A stretch of 17,078 nt of DNA from Octopus sinensis (Eukaryota), in NCBI RefSeq assembly GCF_006345805.1, contig NW_021825000.1:1-17078 (forward strand), given 5' to 3'. Every line of letters begins with the position of its first letter. Positions within the stretch are counted from its first letter, which is position 1. Shown here piece after piece: positions 9,677 to 17,078 of this stretch. The notes beneath the pieces were generated by a model that did no database searches, had not been told where the DNA came from, and saw only the letters and a list, made by a program, of their open reading frames with translations. The position numbers and the translations under genes were made by a program.

Positions 9677-9848
9677 TGAAAATGTAATATGTGACAATGA
9701 TTCGGTAGCCATGATAAAAACTCCGAGTTTCGGATGCCGAGGTGGAAATCCACGCCGCCATATCTTCAGTTATCTGGCCATCGGAAAATACCTCTATTTT
9801 CTATTTACATGATATCGAGGTCTCTTTCATTCTTTTGTTGTCTTACCA
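9677..9848 (-). mobile_element. Putative non-autonomous hammerhead-bearing mini-element embedded in (TA)n
   Basis: About 170 bp of non-coding, non-microsatellite sequence bounded on both sides by TA tracts and carrying HHR-b. Mobility is inferred, not shown. Confidence 0.55.
9706..9780 (-). ncRNA. Type I hammerhead ribozyme-like motif (HHR-b)
   Basis: Minus strand reads UGGCCAGAUAA-CUGAAGA-[31-nt hairpin with 10 pairs and an AUUU loop]-GAAA-CUC G GAGU-U-UUUAUCAUGGCUA. Core at 9763-9769 and 9728-9731, near-palindromic stem III at 9720-9728, bulged stem I of up to 11 bp. The base of stem II is imperfect. Confidence 0.7.
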
Positions 9849-9868
9849 TATATATATATATATAGATA

Positions 9869-9931
<63 letters not shown>

Positions 9932-9958
9932 CATACATACATACATACATACATATAC
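9849..9958. repeat. (TA)n/(TACA)n microsatellite, right flank of mini-element
   Basis: Direct reading. Confidence 0.95.
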
Positions 9959-10150
9959 AGAGTAAACTAAAGTCACGCACAAATTAAGTTCAGTGCGCTC
10001 TGAAATTTTCAAAGACATGCTTCAAAAATTGAATACAATAAATAGAATATCGATGAATACACATGTATTGATACATGATGAACAAACTCAATAATAATTA
10101 TTATGTAATATAAATTAAATGTCAAATGCTTTGGTGCGTGACTCTATATA

Positions 10151-10203
10151 TTCTTTTATTCATTTACTTGTTTCAGTCATTTGACTGCGGCCATGCTGGA
10201 GCA
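10151..10203 (-). mobile_element. Family B SINE extreme 3' tail (5'-truncated)
   Basis: TTTACTTGTTTCAGTCATTTGACTGCGGCCATGCTGGAGCA is the reverse complement of the family B tail (compare 4462-4503). Confidence 0.85.
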
Positions 10204-10221
10204 GCATATAATTATTATAGA

Positions 10222-10518
10222 CTAGCAGTGTCGCCCGGCGTTGCTCGGGTATGTAAGGGAAATAACTATATAAGCATTTTTAGAGAGTTATAGCCAAAAA
10301 ATAGTAAAAAAATGCATTGAAAATGGAAAAAAAATTATGGTAAATTTTTTTTTAAATCGTAGACTCATCGTAGACGCGCACTAATACCTAGAAGGGCTCG
10401 ATATGAATCATGACTATAAGATACCCGGTTTTGGTTAAACTGCACCGCAAAATGTGGGAGTAGTTAGGAATCTAAATCGTAGGAGACAGACACACAACTT
10501 GACTTTTATATATAAAGA
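10222..10518 (-). mobile_element. Non-autonomous Helitron (297 bp)
   Basis: On the minus strand it starts TC(TTTATATATAAAAG) and ends with a GC hairpin (CCCGAGCAACGCCGGG) followed by CTAG. Inserted between A and T with no TSD; empty paralogous site at 2317-2345. Confidence 0.88.
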
Positions 10519-10600
10519 TGTATTATAGTCATGCTATTTAGTTAAGTTTAGTTTCGGACTGGAAGCCCAATTAGCCCTCAGCAGAAGGTAGTTAGTACTA
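10519..10600. repeat. Short dispersed repeat, Helitron-interrupted copy (left piece 10204-10221)
   Basis: Aligns with 2324-2400. Confidence 0.7.
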
Positions 10601-10872
10601 AATATATCTCATTTCAGGATTATAACTTTTCATATGGTTCTATTATTCATATATTCTTAAACTTGTTTTTGTCAGTGGACCTCTAGCATGTTCTGACACA
10701 GTCTTGAAATCCTTAGTCGACCAAATCGATCGTAGTATAATGTTTTTTAAATTGGTTCTTTATCGGGCTCATTTGTTTAACTGCTAATTAGGGAGACAAA
10801 AACAAACCAACAGCGGTTGTGAACAGGTGTTGGAGAAACGACAAAAAAACAGAGATGCGCACAAGCATAAGC

Positions 10873-10879
10873 ATATCTA

Positions 10880-10935
<56 letters not shown>

Positions 10936-11019
10936 AAATTATCTAACTCTTTTTCTCTCTATCAATCAATCTATCTATCTATCAAACTATTAAGCTACTG
11001 ATCTGTCTGTCTATGTATG

Positions 11020-11053
<34 letters not shown>

Positions 11054-11115
11054 TGTATGTATGTATGTATGTATGTATGTATGTATGTATGTATGTATGT
11101 ATGTATGAATGAATC

Positions 11116-11190
<75 letters not shown>

Positions 11191-11309
11191 ATCTATTTAT
11201 CTTTCTATCAGTCTATCATTCTATCTGTATCTCTACCTATCCAGCTATCTATTTATCTATCTATTTATCTACCTATATGTAGATATGTACGTATGTATAT
11301 GTATATATA
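10873..11309. repeat. Compound microsatellite (CTAT)n/(TATG)n/(CTAT)n
   Basis: Direct reading. Confidence 0.95.
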
Positions 11310-11332
11310 CTAACACACTGCAATCTTCAACA

Positions 11333-11464
11333 CAGTTTAGTCTACCAAATCCACTTGAGAGGTATTGTTCATCTCGGGTTCATGTAGAAGATACATACCC
11401 AAAATGCCCCACGTGGCTGCGAACCGAAGCTTCTAACAGCTGGTAAGAAAGGTTGTTTGCAACC
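11333..11464 (-). mobile_element. Degenerate family B SINE 5' half
   Basis: GTCTACCAAATCCACTTG...GTAGAAGATACATACCCAAAATGCC is the reverse complement of the family B head/CORE region (compare 4165-4285). Confidence 0.7.
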
Positions 11465-11704
11465 GAAACCTGACCTCTACATCCTCAGGTTAAAGGTAGC
11501 AGAAAAATCCTCAGGTGTGAAGGGAACAGAAGGAAGGAAGTTCAAATACCAACAAAACAAAACAAAAATTGCATTAGGAGAATCAGAGACCAGAGTGTGA
11601 TATATATCAACCACTTTCTGAGGCTGTAAATTTGTGTAATTTCAAATAGATTTGGTTGTCATTTCTAGCTGATAATTCGACCACATACAGGCTTTATTGT
11701 TGGA

Positions 11705-11868
11705 TAGTAACAGTTGTTGTGGTTGTGGTGCTAATGTTAGTGGTGCTGGGCTTTGGTGGTGGTAATGGTTGTAGCAGTCTTGGTGGTGTTGGTGGTGATG
11801 GCAGTGGTGATGTTAAACCAAAATATACTTTACTCTTACTACCCACATTTGCAAGAATACATGCCTTG

Positions 11869-11921
<53 letters not shown>

Positions 11922-11950
11922 GGTGTGTGTGCGTACGTATGTGTGCGTGC
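11705..11950. repeat. Decayed (GGT)n tract and (TG)n microsatellite
   Basis: GT-rich triplet tract at about 11705-11812; (TG)n at 11872-11950. Confidence 0.9.
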
Positions 11951-12447
11951 GCATCTGTCTGCGTTACCATGTCAGATGTAAGTGTATGCTTTTCATCATG
12001 CAATATTGATGACAATCTCTTATATTGAGAACAAACCAACCTGTCTCCAGTACTCGACAATAAATGCAAAAATGATATTAGTCACCGAATTATATGGGTT
12101 TTCCCCAGACTCTAATTGCTTATATTTATCTTTAGTTTTTCAATTACCGAGTGTTAATTATTGTTTCACCTACTTACATATTATTTTATCATGGGTATGG
12201 CGTCTTAGAATTTCTTTTTAAATTTTACGACATTCTGTTCCCCTATGCCTGCAAAATAAGGTATCTGATTATTAAATTAGAAATTCTTTCGCTAACATTT
12301 TGACAAGTTATGGCAATGCTAAACTTCTGTAGACGTCTATAGATGATAACAAAAATGGCTTAAGCATATTTGAAGTTGTTTCCTCTATTGAAAATAATGA
12401 ATAAAATATCAGTCCTCAGCTAATAATGATTTCAGATTTTGGCACAA

Positions 12448-12454
12448 AATAATA

Positions 12455-12500
<46 letters not shown>

Positions 12501-12540
12501 TGATGATGATGATGATGATGATGATAATAATAATAATAAA
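12448..12540. repeat. (AAT)n(GAT)n(AAT)n microsatellite
   Basis: Direct reading. Confidence 0.97.
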
Positions 12541-13099
12541 TGCCCTGATGCAAGTACCAGACAGTGGATCTCATGGCTCCTGATCTTAACTGATTGGAAG
12601 TGCTATCATGTACATTGTTTTGTCTTGGTATAAAAGATAGGCTACAGCAAATATTCTGCTCAATACCACACATTTGCTTGTCAGTTGTTTGACCTTAACC
12701 AATTGACCATGTCCCTTAGTAGCTGACGATATGTGCATCTCTGATCACAAGCAGAAGTAGCTGGTGGAAGCATCATAGCCATGTATTGAGAAGGAATTCT
12801 TAGAAATTTGGATAATTCACCTTTGGAAATGTGGGTGGTTCGTTCAGCATCCTTAAACAATTCTTATTTAGGGACCTTTTGAGCGGGTGGGGCTACTCGA
12901 CCAGAATAAAATTCTAACTGGGCCCCACCCGCAAGGTCATGTGCTGTTTATCTTGATATGAGATCACCATGTCGTGCACATATGGTTGTAATGCATGTGC
13001 CTGGTGCACCCTTATCAGACGGGTAGCCATGATGAGTATACTGGGCTTCGTATATTTTACCCCAGTGTCACTTTGATGGCATGCAATGCTCTCCCACTC
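12541..13099. mobile_element. Non-coding 559-bp element embedded in (AAT)n (element X)
   Basis: Sharp boundaries against AAT tracts on both sides, no credible ORF, and a strong stem-loop at 12873-12938. It resembles a dispersed Octopus repeat from memory. Orientation is not established. Confidence 0.65.
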
Positions 13100-13114
13100 A
13101 ATAATAATAATAAC

Positions 13115-13185
<71 letters not shown>

Positions 13186-13211
13186 TAATAATAATAATAA
13201 CAATAATAATA

Positions 13212-13247
<36 letters not shown>
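13100..13247. repeat. (AAT)n microsatellite
   Basis: Direct reading; occasional AAC/GAT variants. Confidence 0.97.
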
Positions 13248-14090
13248 GACATACAAGGAACAAGCACAGAAAAAGCTAAGCGCATGAAAACCCGTGCCAA
13301 AACTGCGGCCTTAGATATTCTGAATAATAAATGGCAAGAAAAACCTCTCTATGGCAAATACTCAAAGAGAGTGAATAATGCAGATATTGACAAAGCCCTG
13401 ACCCATCAATGGCTAATGGCCTCTGGCTTAAAATCTGAAACAGAGGGGTTTATCATAGCAGCTCAAGATCAATGCCTACTAACAAGAAACTACCAGGCCA
13501 ACATATTAAAGAAAGGCAGTAGCCCAACATGTCGTGTATGCCGACAAAAAATGAAACCATTGATCATGTTGTCTCCAAATGCAGTCTTCTAGCGCCTACA
13601 GAGTACCTCAACAGGCATGATAGAGCTGCACAATATATTCAGTGGGTAATTTGCAAAAACCTGGATTTGCCCCATGAAAAAAACTGGTGGGAACACAATC
13701 CCCTCCAGTGCTTGAAAATGACCACATCTCACTCCTCTGGAACTTCACCATTCAAACTGACAGGAAGATAGATGCAAATAGGCCAACATCATATTGAAAG
13801 ACTTCAGACAAAGAACATGCCTCCTCATTGGATGACTGTCCCAATCGATATAAACGTATCTGTCAAGACCTACCAAAAACTGAGCAAATATAAGATCTTG
13901 AAATAGAAATCAGCAAAATGTGGAAGCTGAAGACTAAAACAATACCTGTTGTCATAGGTGCCCTGGGAATGATAGCGAAGGGACTAATTGCTACCTAACT
14001 CAGATACCAGGAAACCCCAAAATGGCAGAAATTCAAAAGATAGTGCTCATGGGAACTGCTCATATCCTACGCAAAATACTCTCTATGTAA
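13248..14090 (+). pseudogene. C-terminal part of retrotransposon ORF: post-RT region, CCHC zinc knuckle, restriction-like endonuclease
   Basis: Reconstruction across six -1 shifts: WQEKPLYGKY...LKSETEGFIIAAQDQCLLTRNY...CRVCRQK/NETIDHVVSKC (C-X2-C-X8-H-X4-C)...RHD..AQYIQW...LWNFTIQTDRKIDANRP[D]IILKD...CLLI[D]MTVP...KLSKY[K]DLEIEISKMWKL...PVVIGALG...ILRKILSM*. Confidence 0.92.
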
Positions 14091-14323
14091 TCCCAAGGTT
14101 TAAAACAAACTTTTTTTTATTTATTTATTTTATTTTATTTTATTTTATTTTATTTTTTTATTTTATTTTATTTTTTTTATGTATTAGACATTCACTAGTA
14201 CAACACCAACCAAAAAAAAACCCCCAAATATATGGCACAGAACTTCCAACCTGTTGTCTCTTGAGGTCTCTGGGTGAGACTTGGAGCCAACTTGTACAGA
14301 CATAAAGCAAAAGTCAAACATAG
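13248..14323 (+). mobile_element. 5'-truncated REL-type non-LTR retrotransposon, R4/Dong-like
   Basis: Coding remnant to TAA at 14088-14090, then a 3' UTR containing a (TTTTA)n tract (14111-14180) and a hairpin GTCTC-TGGGT-GAGAC (14266-14280). Ends in (AAT)n at 14324-14338 and is preceded directly by (AAT)n. Confidence 0.9.
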
Positions 14324-14338
14324 AATAATAATAATAAT

Positions 14339-14549
14339 CCTTTCTACTATAGGCAAAAGGCCTAAAATTTTGGGAGGGGAGAAGTCGATTACATCGACCC
14401 CAGTGCTTAACTGGTACTTATTTGATCGACCGCGAAAGGTTGAAAGACAAACGTTACCTCTGCGAAATTTGAATTCAGAATGTAAAGATGGACGATATGC
14501 CGCTAAGCACATTGCCCAGTATGCTAACGATTCTGCCATGTACTACCTT
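14339..14549 (-). mobile_element. Family A SINE (degenerate head)
   Basis: Reverse complement of the family A body and tail. Its ATT tail merges with the retrotransposon's AAT tail. Confidence 0.85.
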
Positions 14550-14553
14550 ACAA

Positions 14554-14769
14554 AATAATAATCCTTTCTACCATTGGCACGAGGCCTGAAATTTGGGGGA
14601 GGGAGATAGTCGCTTAAATCTATCCCAGTACTCAACTGCTACTTATTTTATCGAAAAGATGAAAGGCAAAGTCTTCCTCGGCGGAAATTGAACTCAGAAC
14701 TTAAGGATGAAAGAAATGTCGCTAAGCATTTTGCCCTGCGTGCTAACGATTCTGCCAGTTCGCCGCCTT
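14554..14769 (-). mobile_element. Family A SINE
   Basis: Ends ...GATTCTGCCAGTTCGCCGCCTT (the head on the minus strand). Short AAT tail at 14554-14562. Confidence 0.9.
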
Positions 14770-14999
14770 CGGAGGTGAGGGTAGGGATTAATAATAGCAC
14801 GCATTGGGTCTTCCGCTGTTTGATGAGAGATGTAGTCGTACGATGTGAGAAGATTCTGCTGGATGACTTGAACAATGGATTTAACGTTGTACGAAGGAAT
14901 AATAAATGGAGCTGACGTTCGGTCCAACAGTGTAATTCGGAACGTAGGCATTGAACACCGGGGATTAACAGCCTTGAAGGACCACGGTATACAACCATA

Positions 15000-15200
15000 G
15001 TTATATAATGAATATTAATAAATAATACCAATCGCTATCTGTATCATCTGTATTGTTTGTCATGAAGAGGATGGGAGTTGTCTTGGAGAATGGAGGATTA
15101 TAGTTTCTCGAGTCTTGCCTTGAACATTTGTCTTTGATGTTGTTCTCAGGATTGATAAAACAACTGAGATAACGATGTTTCGCAGATTCCCAGCTGAGAC
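15000..15200 (-). pseudogene. Possible highly decayed LINE C-terminal remnant
   Basis: A stop-interrupted frame reads RLEKL*SSILQDNSHPLH (ILQDNSHPLH at 15062-15091), recalling the I..D.SHPLH motif near the C terminus of L2/Rex1-type ORF2. Only this motif supports the call. Confidence 0.3.
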
Positions 15201-15277
15201 TCATTACTTTTTAATCTTTTCTGTTTGCGAATTAACACAGGAGCCCCTTCGTAGCCGCTCGAATTCTAAAATTAGTT

Positions 15278-15596
15278 GACAAATATTGTCTTAAATATAC
15301 TACTTAGACAAATATTGTCTTAAATATACTACGTAGACAAATGTTGTCTTAAATATACTACGTAGACAAATATTGTCTTAAATATACTACGTAGACAAAT
15401 GTTGTCTTAAATATACTACGTAGACAAATATTGTCTTAAATATACTACGTAGACAAATGTTGTCTTAAACATACTACGTAGACAAATATTGTCTTAAATA
15501 TACTACGTAGACAAATGTTGTCTTAAATATACTACGTAGACAAATGTTGTCTTAAATATACTACGTAGACAAATGTTGTCTTAAATATACTACGTT
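15278..15596. repeat. Minisatellite, 11 x 29 bp (GACAAATRTTGTCTTAAATATACTACGTA)
   Basis: Units start at 15278 and every 29 bp through 15568. Contiguous, with no spacers. Confidence 0.97.
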
Positions 15597-15622
15597 TGAC
15601 GAATAAATGCCTTCGATCAAAG

Positions 15623-16279
15623 CAGTGGTTCTCAACCGAGGTCCACATGACTTTTAGGGGTCCATATAAGATTTTGTTGTTAAAATATTGTGCTGCAAAT
15701 TGGTTATACTTCTACAGTGTTCAAAATATGTTAACAATGTTTTTTATACGATTCCTAATCTCTCTGTATATAAAGCTGAAGTTGTCTGTGTATAGCAGGT
15801 TTAGTAGCCTTCAACTAACCTTATCGCCTCCGAGATCCTGCGGCGCAAGTTGACCAAAATTGAGATTATGATAGAAGAAGACTTGCTCTTCATTCCGTAG
15901 AAGAAAAAATTCAAATCAGACCATTTTAACACTAAAAATTATTTACATCAAAAAGGTGCTTTTTTTCTATGAAAATCCCTATTTTTTTACGATGTTTTGA
16001 CTGCTCTGTCGTCATTTTTCGGTGTATTTCAACCAGAAAAATGTTCACTAAAAGCGAATAACAACCTACATGATGCAAAACTTTTACTTTTCAAAAATTC
16101 CAATTCTAAAGGGTCGAAAAGAAAAACAAGCCCGAGCAACGCGGGGCTATACTGCTAGTAATATTTAATTATAAAAATATACCGGGATTTTTTAAAAAGC
16201 CAAATGGTTGTGAGGGCATTGTTCACTCGTGTAAAATAGGAGTCGAAAGGGTCAATTGGTAAAAAGTAGTTGAGCTCTA
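15623..16279. mobile_element. hAT-like MITE, interrupted by a Helitron
   Basis: Left end CAGTGGTTCTCAACC followed by GGTCC/GGGGTCC, typical of hAT/Charlie termini. The right end is degenerate (AGTTGAG, 16268-16274). Possible 8-bp TSD GATCAAAG (15615-15622) / GATTAAAG (16280-16287). Confidence 0.55.
15759..16158 (+). mobile_element. Non-autonomous Helitron (400 bp)
   Basis: Starts A|TC...TATATAAAGCTGAAGTTGT and ends CCCGAGCAACGCGGGG...CTAG|T. The last 28 bp are 25/28 identical to the other Helitron's 3' end. Confidence 0.85.
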
Positions 16280-17078
16280 GATTAAAGGTCTGCCTCATTA
16301 GGAATAACCCGAGGGAGCCAAAAGAATAACAGTTGTTTCTGTTTATTTATTTCCGTTCTGTTATCACACGGTTTAGCAAAATCTATAATATTATTTTTAT
16401 TAGTTGTAATTTCATTCACCTCAGATGAGGTATCATGCCCCAAACCTCAAGAAATCTTATCTTCTTCATTAAAGAAAGAAATCAAAACTTAATCCATTTC
16501 ATGAGCTGTTTGTATTTATTATTTACCGAAACAGGCATAACTAGTTTCTTTGTCTTCAACTTTTTTCACTTTCTCTTTTATCAACATATATGGTTTTTTA
16601 ATGGCTACGTTACATGGACAGCTTGCACAGAGAAAACCAACAAAATCTCAGGGCTGTCATTTTCAATTACAATTTTGGCTGGCGATGGAGCCATTTTTTT
16701 TATCTACTTTGACTTGAGATATCTTACTAACTGCCCACTGTATTGTTTCACCTTTGTCTTTTAAATTGGTTTGTGTCATGTTTATAGTATATCTTCCTCA
16801 CATTATTTTGTACAATATTGTTGTATTGCTGACAGTTTCATTACTTTGTTACACAGCTGACATGCACTTTCTGGCTTCAAGTTTCACTTTAACACGTTTT
16901 TTTTTTTCCCTTTAATTATTTGCTCTTGTTTAACCATAATCTGCTTTTCTGTGTCACTCTTTACGCATGCATCTTTCAGTTAATCCATTGGTTTTATGTA
17001 CCCAGTATTTGTCTTCTTCGTTGCTCGAATAATTTCATGTTACTTTTCTTCCCAACTTGACCTCTCCAGTCCAATAAT

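Noticed and set aside
9958-9985. TA|CAGAGT... resembling a Tc1/mariner terminus
   Set aside because: No matching inverted terminus in the window, and the TA is supplied by the microsatellite.
12723-12729. CTGACGA hammerhead half-core in element X
   Set aside because: No stem II followed by GAAA (the sequence has GAAG) and no stem I/III pairing. Other CTGANGA hits (8296, 13926, and minus-strand hits near 3795, 7662, 8440, 11485, 11510, 12413) fail in the same way.
14111-14180. Antisense poly(A) tail of a separate retrocopy
   Set aside because: No element body or TSD is attached. It is treated as a (TTTTA)n tract within the retrotransposon 3' UTR.
15278-15596. CRISPR-like array of 29-bp palindromic repeats
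   Set aside because: The units are contiguous with no unique spacers, there are no cas genes, and the context is eukaryotic.

Overview
Repeat-dense, AT-rich eukaryotic DNA with no intact protein-coding gene. The SINE families and microsatellite density look like a cephalopod (Octopus) genome; this is inferred from recalled repeat sequences, not from a search. Almost every ORF in the supplied track is a microsatellite or low-complexity artefact. Real coding remnants are (i) the frameshifted 3' end of an R4/Dong-type non-LTR retrotransposon (CCHC knuckle + REL endonuclease, 13248-14090) sitting in an (AAT)n array, and (ii) a decayed DNA transposase (about 4790-5330) that the ORF track misses. 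The window also holds three tRNA-derived SINE families, two short non-autonomous Helitrons, a hAT-like MITE and a 29-bp palindromic minisatellite. The most interesting signals are two hammerhead-ribozyme-like folds on the minus strand (8760-8799 and 9706-9780), the second inside a ~170-bp non-coding mini-element embedded in (TA)n, and a 559-bp non-coding AAT-embedded element with a long GC-rich stem-loop beside the R4-type element.
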